This document shows, one piece after another, positions 1 through 12,400 of a DNA stretch of 64,000 nt. The notes below the pieces were generated by a model, which was not told the origin of the DNA, did no database searches, and saw only the letters and a program-made list of their open reading frames with translations. Made by a program: the position numbers and the translations under genes. Positions within the stretch are counted from its first letter, which is position 1, and every line of letters starts with the position of its first letter. The DNA is from Lytechinus pictus (Eukaryota), in NCBI RefSeq assembly GCF_037042905.1, contig NC_087245.1, forward strand, positions 28,088,001 through 28,152,000, in the 5' to 3' direction.

Positions 1-1
1 A

Positions 2-3000
2 AATGTAGTTCCTTTCATAGACTGGAACCATCTTGTTTTAGTAATTAAGCCTTCCGATCAACAAGATGTATTTTCACTAAGATTGGCATTGATTGATTCT
101 GATGGTCTCACCAAAACTTGGGAAATAACCATTACTGAAAATATCTTTGTCTCAAGCTTCTATATTGTCTTTGGTCAATGGCTGCCAGGTGAGGATACTT
201 ACATTCCATCCCCTGTATCTCGTCCATTCCGTGGTTCCATTGACGAGTTTTACATCTGGAAGAAGGAGCTTTTGGTAACAGAGGTTCTTGCAAGATTGGG
301 CAGTAGTGTACTTCCTGGCCCAGCAGACCTTGTGGCTCTCTGGAAGTTTGATGAAGGTCAAGGGAACACGGCAACAGATTTGGTTAACCAAAAACAGTTC
401 ATGATAAGGCAGTACTCATGGAATGTAAGAACGCCCATATGGCAGTTTTCATCAGCTCCTATCAGCTTGTACTCTCCAACATATATTTTGCATAATCCTT
501 CTGAGTGGTTTCAGTCCTGTGTGGAATTGTTTGCGACGATCAGTTCCACTTGTCATTCCGTCTCAGATCAGATAGATGTTTATCTAGTTGCATGTGCAAG
601 GGACTATGCTTTGTCCAATTCTGAGTATGCAAGACTTGGGGTACTCCTTTCGTATGCAGACGTATGCCATCTGAATTCAGAATCTACACTGAGTTGGCCT
701 GCACAGGATCTTTGCAATTCCTTTGATGTTTATTTTCCTCTTTGGTATGGACCATCTTGTGAATCAAAGTGTTACTTCTCATTAGACACTGATTCACCAA
801 TATCAAACTGCACATGTTCTCCGGGAACTTGGGGAATTGAATGTGATTCATCCTGTGTAGGAGGTGTGGGGTCACATTGCAATGGCCATGGCACATGTTC
901 TCCTGCTAGTGGATCTTGTCAATGTGAGTCTAACTGGATGGGCAGCAGTTGCGATGTGTGTAGTCAAGGATGGTTCGGAAGTGACTGTTCCCTAACCGCC
1001 AGTAGAACCCCTGACATACCTCTGTCAAGGTGCTCCATGTACATCAATGGACATATCACTATGTTTGATGGTTCTGTCTTTGAATTTTCAGATACCAGTG
1101 ATATGGTTTTCTTCTCTTCCTCAGATATTGAGATTCAAATAAGGCAGATTCCTTGCAACGGTTTGCCATCATGCATCACAGCAGTATCATTTGCCACTGG
1201 CACAAGTCACATGCTTTTATCTGCTCCTCATTTGCAACAATCGGATCCAGTCATCTTGCTGAACAATGTCACACTGCCATTGGAAACTGAGCTATTTGTG
1301 GGATCTACTGGTTTTTCTCTTATCAGGGTTGCGGTTGGTCACTTTGAAATAAATGGACCAAATAACTTTAAGTTCAAGATATTAAGTCCCGGAGCTTACT
1401 TCAATTTAGAGGTTTTACAAACAAATTGCATCTTCTCTTCTGGACTTTGTGGTCCCTGTCAAGTAATGGCCACATCATGTGGTGATTCTCAAGCTCTGTG
1501 TGCAATCAATAATCTCGGCTTTGTTGCTTATGCATCACTCTACCCATTAAGCTTTTCATTATCACAACAATACGGTGCCAGCTATGTGAGATATGGACCT
1601 TCAAGTTTAATATATACACAGCTGTTGGCAGCATCTCAAGCTACCTATATCCCAGTCTTTGGGAGCCCTTCAGGTTATGCCTTACAGTTCTATGAAGACG
1701 GAATCATGAGTGATCCACTACCAAGTTTTTTCTCTGCTGGACGAACCACCACACTTCAATGGTATTGCAAATTCACAGATATTCCTGGGGGTACCTTGTT
1801 TTCTGCTTCAGAGAGCAAATCATTAGCGGTAACAGTAGGAGATGATGGTAACTTCTGGATTCATGCAGGATTCGAGTCCCAAACAACAGGCATCATTGCT
1901 CCACAGAATGACTGGTTATTTATCATGGTATCATACTCCTCAGATGATGGACAGATTGTCTTCTATTGCGTCAAGTCATCTGGTGCAGTGTATAAAGCTT
2001 CTTTGAACTTTTCTTTCAGGGTACAGCTTATTAGCCCTGGAGTTGTCCTTGGTATTGGGTCTTGGGTATTACCATCCACTGGTTCAGTGCCTTTGCCAAG
2101 AATGCAATTTCATGGAATGATTGACAACCTCATAATAACAAAAGACAGCTTTGTGACTTTGAATGAAGTACTGGTAGCCTGGAAACAGCAATTTTCCCCA
2201 GGTGACCCTTCTGTTGTTCTTTATTTGACCTTTGATAAGGGTACTGGTGCTAAATTCTATGATGCTGCATCTAGTATTCCATGGAATATTCCACAGAGTT
2301 TACATAGGAAACCATCCTGGGTTGTTAGTGATCTGCCGATCGTTCCCCAACCTGGGAGGGAGATTTTCACCCTCCAAGTTAGCTTCTCAGATGAAACCTT
2401 AGAAAAGGATGCCCTTGCAATATGTAGGGAACAAATTTATGATGGTCCTGTTGATCAGGCATGTGGAAGCTTAAGCGAATCAGCGCAATACCACTACCAA
2501 GCATGCTTGAGCATAATTGCCTCTTCAGGAAGGCTTCGACTCTCTCTGGATGCTACTCTGGATTTTTCAAGTGGTTGTCAAGAAGTGTTACATCTCCCTT
2601 CTTCACCTGCTCAACAGCTGTGCAATGCATTCACTGATACATTTTCTTGGCCATATGCTGGAAGTACCTGCAGTGAGCGATGTGTCTTTGGATACTTCAC
2701 AGACCACTGCATATGTGACCGAGGCTACTACGGAGCTCAGTGTGATCAGACCTGCCCCGGAGGACCCAACAACCCCTGCAACGCTCATGGATCTTGCAAT
2801 CCTGTGACAGGCCACTGCATGTGTGAACCCAACTGGGAGAGTGGAACTGACTGTACAACATGCTCAGAAGGTTATGTTGGAGAAGATTGCTCAATAGGCA
2901 TAGTTCCCCAACCCCCTTCCACAACATCCATATCTGTTGTCTGGCCTGACACAATAACTACTTATGCAGGACTTCAGGTGCCATTGATGTCATTTGGTAT

Positions 3001-3049
3001 CTTCATCATATCTGATGCTACTGCTCCAGGATTTCGTTTCTACTGTCAT
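2..3049 (+). CDS. Giant VWD/LamG/C8/EGF repeat membrane protein, coding exon A (5'-truncated by the window edge)
   Basis: The frame of ORF 83..3064 is open back to base 2 (NVVPFIDWNHLVLVIKP..., a LamG-type WxHL motif), so the exon starts upstream of the window. It ends at donor CAT|gtaagt (3049/3050, phase 0). Encodes the end of a LamG-like domain (GSIDEFYIW, LVALWKFDEGQG), then C8-like, EGF cluster, VWD (GHITMFDG), LamG-like, C8-like, EGF cluster and the start of a VWD. Confidence 0.9.
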
Positions 3050-3512
3050 GTAAGTTTGAATTGAGGATTATTTTTAAGGTGACAATTCCTACTGATGTAG
3101 ATTAGTGTTATAGGTTCCTTGCCCCACTTTGAATTATCTTATCCATGATGTTTGCCTACCATGACATTATTGTCCATAAGCAAAACTTGTATTCATCAAT
3201 CTTCACAGATGTTAAATCATATGTTCATAGGAGCATGTAAAAGGGTTAGACTAGTATGCCTTGCATTGTAAGGGCCAATAAATGTTTGAAACATTTATTT
3301 TGGAAGCGCACATAATTTTTCTATAGTAATGTGATACTGTTAAGGTTGCACATTCCCATCAGTTTTACCTTAAATACCAGTTTACATGTATTATGAAACA
3401 ATCTCAACTCCTTACAATAACTTGTGTAAATAATATGCATGTTAACAATTTTCTCTCAGTTTTATCATGAAGCAATTTATGGATTTCATGTGATGTACTT
3501 TTCTTTTTCTAG

Positions 3513-4456
3513 GTGAACCTTATTCCATCTCCTCAAGGATTTGTGATTCTTCTTATCACCTTCAGCCACAATGATGTGCGAATACGATTTCATCTCGATA
3601 GAAGAACACAGGAAGTGAATACAGTGGTAGGAGGTTTCCTCACACAGATTGATGATGTCATTACTAGAACCGATAGCCATGGCAATACTATCACCATCAA
3701 TCATCCGTCACCGGATCACTATGAGGTTGAGTGTGCGACTGGTTTGACACTGATGGTGATGGTCTCAGATGGCACACTTGGTGCAGAGATCAAGTTATCT
3801 CGAGGCGCTTGCTGTTTGGGTGGACCATCATGGGGAGGACTTGCTGGTTTTTGCCATTGCAGCCACAGAATTATAAAACCCACACATTTCTTCAATGAAA
3901 CCGACAGTAACTCAGACATCACAAAAAAAACCTTGGAATGGATGACAACAGATGATGTATCTTCAGGCAATGATTCATTTGAGTATGTGCTACCGGGGGG
4001 CTTTGCTGGATTTTCAATTAAGCTAAACAACTCATTAGTATATGTTGACTCAGTTGCAGCTTTCGTCAGCAATGCAATCACGATATCAATAAATGTGAAG
4101 TTCTGTGGCCCTGCTTGTGGAGGTGTCATCTTCGCATATGCTGGAGCATCCACCTTCCTCGTATCCGTTGAGACTTTTGTGACCCTCCATGTTGATGATA
4201 TCCTGTACTCAACTGATCTTCAACCTGCCATTGGGAACTGGACTCAAGTCAGTTTGCTCTATGATAGGTCAAACCTCGTTCTTCAAGTATACCTCCATGA
4301 CTTCTCAGGCTATGCAGCATGGCGAAGCATTCACCTTGATACAGATGTCTTTGAACCCCTTGGCAGTCTGGCTCTAGGAAACTGGTTTCCAGGTTCTTCA
4401 TACCCAAATCTAGGCATCTTTCATGGAGATATTGATGAGTTTACCGTTTGGGACAG
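3513..4456 (+). CDS. Same gene, exon B (rest of a VWD domain and most of a LamG-like domain)
   Basis: Pyrimidine-rich acceptor ttctttttctag|GTG, phase 0, matching exon A. Donor TGGGACAG|gtat, phase 2. Contains WTQVSL and FHGDIDEFTVWDR LamG/pentraxin-like motifs. Confidence 0.88.
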
Positions 4457-4498
4457 GTATTCTATTTTTTTTTTAATGTGTAATGTTCAAAGGAAGGT

Positions 4499-4830
4499 TT
4501 AACCTTAAAAAGTCTGGGCTACATGTATTTCGCTACCTAAGAAGACGGGGGGCTGATTCAGCCCCCCCCCCCCTTATAAATCTCGGCCATCGATCACATG
4601 ATCGCAACAAAAATTGGTACTCGCGCTACCCATGGCATAATCTACAAAACAGTAAGATAAAATTCTGCAAAAAATCTCATTGCCTATTAATTATGCTAAT
4701 TTATGCGCAAAATAAAAGTTTGCTCTAATTAACTAAATAATGCCCCTTTAAAAATGCTAAGTTCTGGTTCACAGACTTTATAGGGTTCTGATCAAATGTA
4801 CTTGAAAAAAATTCAATATCCCATTTATGT
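4499..4830. mobile_element. Possible end fragment of a piggyBac-type non-autonomous element
   Basis: Begins TTAA-CCTTAAAAAG, then a ggggggctgattcagcccccc palindrome. The other end was not found. Confidence 0.3.
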
Positions 4831-4831
4831 T

Positions 4832-5541
4832 TCTAGTTCATAAAAATTGGACATAAGGGTAATAGAGTATCAATGAGCATCTTGCCTGAGTTTTGGGTCA
4901 CTTGACCAAGGTCAAAGGTCATTTAGGGTCAACGAACTATGGTCATGTTGGGGGTAATTGTTGCATTGTCATCATAACTTTGAAAGTTTATAGATCTAAT
5001 TCATAAAACCTGGTCATAAGAGCAGTCAAGTATCACTAAACACATTGTGCAAGTTTCAGATCTTACGACCAAGGTCAAAGGTCATATAGGGTAAACAAAC
5101 TTTGGCCATGTTGGGAATATTTGTTGAATTGCTATCATAACCTTGAAAATTTATTGATGTAGTTCATAAAACTTAGACATAAAAGTAAGCAAGTATCATT
5201 GAACATCCTTGGTGAATTGTCAAATAACCAATGTCAAAGGTCAATGAAATTTGGCATGTTGGGGTTATTGTAGAATTGACATCATAACTTTGAATGTTAA
5301 TGTAGCTAGTTCATGAAACAAGGACGAAAGGATAATCAGATATCACTTATTGTTTTGCATGAGTCTTTTGTCACATGATCAAGGTCTAAGGTCATTTAGG
5401 GTAAATGAATAGAGTGTTTTATTATCTTCATGAATGGTGTTTTTGCTTAAATAATTATTCAATATTCATTTTCATATTCAGCACAGCTGCTATATTGAAT
5501 CGCATAATGCAGGCGAGACTGCCAGATGCGTTCCACTTGTT
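4832..5541 (+). repeat. About 4 copies of a ~160-bp tandem unit within an interspersed repeat (possibly Helitron/Helentron-related)
   Basis: ttcataaaa...catAAG anchors at about 4837, 5000, 5163 and 5310. AGGTCAAAGGTCA at 4909 and 5072 (period 163), with degenerate copies near 5231 and 5382. Ends ...ccacttgtt. Confidence 0.7.
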
Positions 5542-5590
5542 TTCAATATATATCTGTAGATATATATGTTTAAAGGAATTTGAGGGTATA

Positions 5591-5960
5591 TTTTTATGCC
5601 TCCGCCCTTCATAGGTGTCCATCCCGTTTCCATTCTCACATTTTTAAAGAAAGTTTGAGATATCAACTTCAAGTATGTTCATCCATTCTGATTGAAAAAT
5701 AACTGAATAGTTTTGTGGGTCATTAAAAGTAAAAAGTCCAATGTCATATATACTCGTAAATTTATTGTTCACATGACAACTTACAACCCTGGTCAAATAT
5801 GGTTTTGTAAGTGAGGATGATCTGATTAGATTTTTGGGTCACATTGTCAGAAGACACCAAGGTAGGAATTTGACAATTAAAGAAGTAATATGTAGTACAT
5901 TCTTCTTGTAATGACAGAGGCATAAATTCTTACTGCATATTATTGAGAATCCAATTGATT
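5591..5960 (+). mobile_element. DINE-1/HINE-like (Helentron-derived) non-autonomous element, degraded
   Basis: Starts TTTTTATGCCTCCGCC. Its subterminal inverted copy GAGGCATAA is at 5917-5925, about 35 bp from the T-rich end. Confidence 0.45.
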
Positions 5961-6108
5961 GAACTATGTGCATCAGCTTACAGAGCTATTCTGCAGAGCA
6001 GTATATTAAGTTATATTGCTAGCTTGTTTACAAATAAATCAATGAATGAATATTTTACCAATACTAAAATCCTTTGTTTATTGTCCTCATGCTTTATTTT
6101 ATGCCTAG

Positions 6109-6206
6109 GTTTTTAGATGAAGCTGAACTTCGAGCCCTTCTGAGAGCAAGTCCTCTGTCTTGCACCCCAAACTTGGTAGCTCAATGGAGATTTGATTCTT
6201 TGAATG
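6109..6206 (+). CDS. Same gene, exon C (98 nt; FLDEAEL...LVAQWRFDSLN)
   Basis: Acceptor atgcctag|G completes the split Arg codon. Donor AATG|gtatgt, phase 1. LVAQWRFD aligns with LVALWKFD and LTAFWPLD in the other repeats. Confidence 0.85.
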
Positions 6207-6252
6207 GTATGTGGAATTTCAAACTACTGACCATGAAATTTCTGTCTTATAT

Positions 6253-6545
6253 GGGGGCATTGTGGCACATTGGATTAGTCTTAGGTCTTGGGTTCAAATC
6301 CCAGCCATGGTGTACTTTGTAATACCTATGGTGTAACTTGTAGCGCCCTGCAATTGCATTGTGCTGCAATCAACCCAGGTGAGGTGTTCCTTGCAGTATT
6401 TAATTCCTTGAGATTCTTGTGCGCTTTAAAACGCCGCTAGGCTATTGTCAGGGTAATAATATTTATGTCCTCTGAAGCACATAAAGATGTTATATCATAT
6501 TGTGATGTGTTGTACAAGAACTATATGCATTGTTATTGTTTTGTT
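6253..6545 (+). mobile_element. Degraded tRNA-derived SINE
   Basis: Head GGGGGCATTGTGG, B-box GGTTCAAATCC at 6291-6301, body CAACCCAGGTGAGGTG, and a (TTG/TTA)-rich tail. Confidence 0.6.
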
Positions 6546-6726
6546 TTAGAAATGGGGATTTGTCAGAGTTATTGCATTTAATTTCCTTTTTTTTAGAATG
6601 TATGTTAATTGCAAGTACTTATATTTACACACTTTTCAGAATTGGCATTTTGATTGTGTTAATAGATCACAAGTTATAATGTTTAGTTGTTTATGCTCGC
6701 ATTTCTTAATCCTACATTTCCTCTAG

Positions 6727-6997
6727 GCGACATGATATTGGACTCGGTGTCTGATGTACCAATGCACCTGTCATCCCCTGGCTACCAATCTCCTGAACTT
6801 GTGACCTCTGACCTGGAATTGGATGTCCCAGGATCAGGCATACCTCCAGGAGAAGATTCTGCGTTAAACCTGCAAGGGACAGTAGTCACTGATGGCAATG
6901 GATTTGATGTCATTGATCCATGTGGGCAGGAAACCTCCGTAGGATCTTGGATTGAGGTTTTCTGCTCTGATATCATCTATTCAGGACCTCTTGGACA
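6727..6997 (+). CDS. Same gene, exon D (end of LamG-like domain, linker, start of C8-like domain)
   Basis: Acceptor tttcctctag|GC completes a Gly codon (phase 1). Donor GGACA|gtaag, phase 2. FCSDIIYSGPL aligns with ICREQIYDGPV and ICEMMFFEGPL. Confidence 0.85.
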
Positions 6998-7233
6998 GTA
7001 AGATTTTTTTTTGTGTGTTTTTTTTTATTTATGATATCTTTTCAGTTGAGATTTTTAATGCAAAATCAAGTAATGACCATTTATGTTTTGAAGCTTTAGA
7101 AATTCAGTAGTTTGCTGTTATTTCTGTATTTCTACATATTGATGATAAAATATAATGTTTATTCCTATTAACCACTATTAGTGTATCATTTTGATAATCA
7201 AACATAAAGCACATTTTTCTTTTTTCCTTTCAG

Positions 7234-8907
7234 GGAGTGCCAGCTTGGTCAGTCTGCCTCATTGGATGTCTATGTAGAATGCGTGAAGGCTCTTGAGAAT
7301 ACAAACAGCACTGAAGCAGCCCTACCAATCATCATCAGATATGCAGACTTCTGTCAGGCTACACTGTTATTATCTTTCTGGCCAGCTCAGACACTCTGCA
7401 ACAGGTTTGGAGATGCTCCATTCCCATTGTGGATCGGGGATGACTGCGACATCCAGTGTGTCTATGGTAACAAGGATCTCAATGACCGTAACATCTGCCT
7501 CTGTGATGCAGGCCACTGGAATGTATCCTGTGATAAGGTTTGTCCTGGTGGATCCAACAATCCATGCAATGGTATAGGTGTGTGCAACAGGCTGACAGGA
7601 CATTGTGACTGTCCAGTGAACTGGCAAGGAGCTCCAGATTGTTCTGTCTGTACTCCAGGATGGACTGGGGCTGGATGTGCTCTGTCTAAGATGCCCATCG
7701 GTCTTGGAGAGAGGATATCATCCATTGGCCTTTCTTTCATCACAACATATAATGGATTTACTTTCCAGTTTACCCACATTGGAGAGTATCAGCTTTTGGT
7801 AATAGGGCATCATCAATTTGGTCTTCAAGCCAAATTTGTTAATTGCTTTACACAAAAATCGTGCATGCAACACCTGGGCTTTTACTTTGGTGACAATGTC
7901 AATGGTTATGGGTCTGTAACAATAAGTGCTGGGGAGCATCCTAAAGACTTCATGTCTGTTAGATTAAATGGAAGATCATATGATCTGCATACCAATGTGA
8001 CCTTTGGGAATGCTGGGTACGTCTTTAGGAGACTATCCTTGACTGAAATCTTGTGCACTGGTCCAGATGGATTGAGGTTAACTGTGAGGTCATCTGGTTT
8101 GTACATCACACTTCAAACAGAATTACCTGAAATCCTGTGTGCTGTATCTCAGGGTCTTCTAGCAGGTGGTTGCTGTAACTCAAGCTCCAACTCCACATCA
8201 CCCTTTACCATCCCTATGCAACCTCTGAAATGTCCTGGCATCAGTGGTTTGGAAATAAACCCAGCACCTCTTAATGATTCTGACTATACCTATATCACTG
8301 ATGATTCCATACCTGCATGTCAAGATGGACAGGGAACAAGGTCATCCAATTTCAATGACCTCCTACATGCCTGGTTAATCAACAACTGTGAGTCTGTCAT
8401 CAGTTACCGTTCTTTGCTGATACAGCATCAACAGCAAATCGATTTCAATCTTCAGCTCAACCCTTCTGTCCTCTTCGTCAAGGAACTTATTTCCATTGCC
8501 CCTGTCAAATATGATGTCACTTTTGAGCTGTTTGTGAAACTTCTTGACCCTTATGGTGTAATCTTGTCGTTCTCACACTCCTCGACATTTTCCTTGTATG
8601 TCAATGGCACTCTTCATATCAACCTTGGGGGTATTGTTTACACAACTTCACTGAGGCTACAACTTCAAGCATGGTATAAGATTGTGGTAGTGTTCACTGC
8701 TTCAAGCAACAACCATGTCAACATCTATCTTGTGACTTCTACTCAAGATGTTTTCAGAGAAACGATTGATCTTCTTCATCACCCTGATTTCTTCAAGCAG
8801 GCTGGATACCTTGCACTTGGTTCTTGGCTTCCAAGCTCCAATGATGTAGGTGTTTCTTCTCTACCAGGTCTAAGGGGACATATTGATGATCTACGGATAT
8901 GGAATAG
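7234..8907 (+). CDS. Same gene, exon E (C8-like, EGF cluster, VWD, most of LamG-like)
   Basis: Acceptor tttttcctttcag|G completes a Gln codon. Donor TGGAATAG|gtatgt, phase 2. Motifs YADFC...WPAQTLC, CPGGSNNPCNGIGVC, FITTYNG and GHIDDLRIWNR. Confidence 0.9.
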
Positions 8908-9434
8908 GTATGTTATTATGTACATGGCTTTATAGAATTGATTATCTGTAAACAAACCTTACAGAGTTTGACCTGATGAATAAAACAGTTTTGATAAATC
9001 ACATTCATAGGACATTACTCACACAGTTCCGTTGCCTGTTTCTTAAAAAGTAAAAATCACATGAAATTTTTATTTCCATGTGGTATACATGTAAATCATG
9101 CTTCATAATACTTAATCAAATACAATGTTAAACCCTTTGTTTTCTCTCTTTTTGTTGATATCCACTTGCGGACAGACTTTTCCCTCTGAAACTATGTTGT
9201 AAACCATTTAACATGTGATCGATAGACACAATTGCATACCAAATTGTATGTATTTGACTTGTAATATAGAATAATAAAATAATTGTAATACATGATAGAA
9301 TGACACATGGTGTTCCGAAATATGTCACTGAGCATTGACTTTATACAGAGTATTAGTAACTTGTGTAAAGGCTACATGTAGCTTCATAAACTTTAGTAAT
9401 TCTCATTGCTCCTTTTATTTCTTTCCATTTGTAG

Positions 9435-12400
9435 AGCTTTCACCCCTGGAGATGTGGCTACACTTTGGACTACCATAATTCCAGATGATGCTGAGTTCCT
9501 GACAGCATTCTGGCCTTTAGATGAAGGACAGGGAGATGTTGCTGTGGACATTGTTCAAGGCATTTGTTTTCATATGCCAGATGAACCATGGTCACCATCT
9601 GTGTGGGTCACTTCGGATATCATCAATCCCAGCCAATCTGTTCCATTACCAGATAGTCATTTGAATGCCAGTATTAATGTTTGTTCAAGACTTTTCTTTA
9701 CTGATCCCTTGCATGGTGCATGCCAACCATTCCTTGGCCCAACCACAGCCTCGTACCATGATCTCTGTCTTCAAGCCGCCGATGATGCTGGAGAAGGAGG
9801 AGCATATAATGTTGCATTTGCATATGCTGATATCTGCCAAACGATTTTGAACCTGACCAGTTGGCCTGCCCAGCCACTCTGTAAAGAAGTTCCACACCTC
9901 AGAGCTGGTAGCCAATGCAAGGGTGATTGTGTTAATGGAGTAGAAGTCTCAGATGTTTGCTATTGCCATGAGGGTTTCTTTGGAAACCATTGTGAATTAG
10001 TTTGCCCCGGTGGCTTTGTAAAACCTTGTAGTAATCATGGAGTGTGTGATCCTCAAGGACAGTGCAGATGTGAACAAAACTGGCAAGGTTCTGTAGATTG
10101 TAGTACGTGTTCTGGCAATTGGGAAGGCATAGATTGTACACTAGTACATACATCTGTCCTGGTTGCTTCACAAGGTGGTCATCGAATCAATTACAATGCT
10201 TTGATAAGTGTCCATACCCAATATATAACATTTGATGGTCTGACTTTCTACTTTGGAGCAGTTGGAGAATTCTACCTTGTAAGAACTCAGAGTTTCCGGC
10301 TGCAAATACGCCAAGTCCCATGCTTCACTGAAGGTACATGTGTTGCAGCATTTGCAGTCTTCTCAGATGAAGAGCAGATTGTGTTCCATGCTCCTTACAA
10401 TAGTGGAGACGTGCCAATTCTCTGGCTTAACCATAGAATTATTCACATAAGCCAAATTGAGACTATGATAACCCAGCATTGGTTGCTACATGAGTTGCAA
10501 CAAGGAAAATACAAACTAACATTCCTAGAAGAAGGCTACTCTGTTGATATCCAAGTCATTAGAAGACATCTCCAACTAAGTATTTCATTACCACAACAAA
10601 CCTGTCAAGATTCTGAAGGATTACTTGGGAACTGTAACGGTGATGTCAGTGATGATTTTCGTGGACCTTTGAATTCCACCACTCAACAGGACATTAATGG
10701 AGAGATAGCCGACAGTTGGCGTGTACCAATCAATGAAAGCTACTTTGTACACTCCTATGGCCCATACATTGAAATGCCTATACCATCGGGAGCTATCTAC
10801 AGCCTTCGAGTTGACCACACTGGTGCTGTTACAACTCCAACAAATTTCACCATTAGAAATGCCACCTTGATTGAATCAATAACAATCAATTTCAGGATCA
10901 AGGTTCTCGCTGATGAAGGAGTTATAATTTCATTGAACTTTGGAAGAACAGTTACAATGTACCTTGTGGGTTCACATCTAAGAATATATGACAGCTTGCT
11001 CCACTATGATACAGCTATCGTACTTGCTGAGAATTTATGGATCCAAATCTATTTTGTTATCACAGCGAATGGTACCATTCGGTTATATGCCTTTACAGAT
11101 ACGGGTATCAGCAATTCATACACAACAAATATTGCATCCTTCCCTTCATTCATGGATGATTTCTACATATCCATTGGTCAGCACATCATACAGCCAACCG
11201 AGAATAATATTCTGTTGCTTTCTTCATTTGTGGGGGATATTGATGACTTGCGTTTGTGGTCCAGACAATTTCACCCAGCTCTCATTGACCAAGGAAGAAC
11301 GGTGAACTTATTTGCCAATGTTGACCAAGAATTCCTTATTGGACTGTACCGATTTGATTTCAGTTCTTCTAGTCACATGGATGATGTTCAAAGAATCAAT
11401 CTACTGAGTCCTCATGATCCCTGGCCAAGTCCTTGGACCATACCTTCTGACGCCAATGTTGACATCTCGATAGCGGATCCATTCGCAAGGACATTCAACA
11501 ATAAAAGTCTTGCCGCTGACGCAGTGGATATATGTTCTTTCCTTGACCCTAATAGCAATGTCAGTACATGGGATCTGTGTTCAAACTCGACAGAAGCCTT
11601 CCAAGGCTTTTTCCATTTATCATGCCTAAGGACAGTTTCAACCTCAAGATCTACAGATGCTGCATTTGCACTGATGTCCTCTGTGTTAGATTATTGCGCA
11701 ACTTTAAATGGAGAAAATGTCAGCTATGATGGATTATGTTTCATGTTAAGAAACAAAAGACTGCCCAACTGGTTGTTAGACCTGTGTGATGCATCATGTA
11801 TATATGGAACACCTGATGCTGATGGAAAGTGTTCTTGTCACAGTGGCTTTTGGGGAGTCAGCTGTTCCTTTGATTGCCCAGGTGGTCACTCTCATCCCTG
11901 CAATGACAATGGACAGTGTCTACGTGAAGGAATATGTGAGTGTTTACCTAATTGGTCTGGTGATGAATGCAATCAATGCAACCATGGATGGTCTGGTGAG
12001 GATTGCTCTCTAGGAATTGCTCGTATTGGAAATAGTCTGGAAGTCAACACACAGAATGCATATTTCAGCATGCATGGCAGGATTGTAACCTTTGATGGAG
12101 CTTCCATCTTTCTTCGTAAAGGCTACACATACAACATCCTCTCTGGTATCCATTTGGATCATCAGTTCAAATTGAAATTGAGGCTGTCAGATTGTGTGAA
12201 TGCTCATGGCTTCACATTATGCTATGATGCCATTTCTGTCAGCTATCACTTCCACACAATTACCATGAATGTCAACACCAATTTTCGTTTCGGAGTCGAT
12301 GTCTGGATCAATCATCACCTGATTGCATTAGACCATATTACACAAATCACTGAGAACTTCATCATCACAAGACTTAATATCATTCAGTATGAGATCAGCC

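Noticed and set aside
70..85. Splice acceptor or TTG start at 81-83 as the beginning of exon A
   Set aside because: The frame stays open to base 2 and encodes a LamG-type WNHLVLV motif, so the exon most likely begins upstream of the window.
6253..6310. tRNA gene
   Set aside because: Only a B-box and a degraded head are present, with no complete cloverleaf. The sequence continues into a SINE body.
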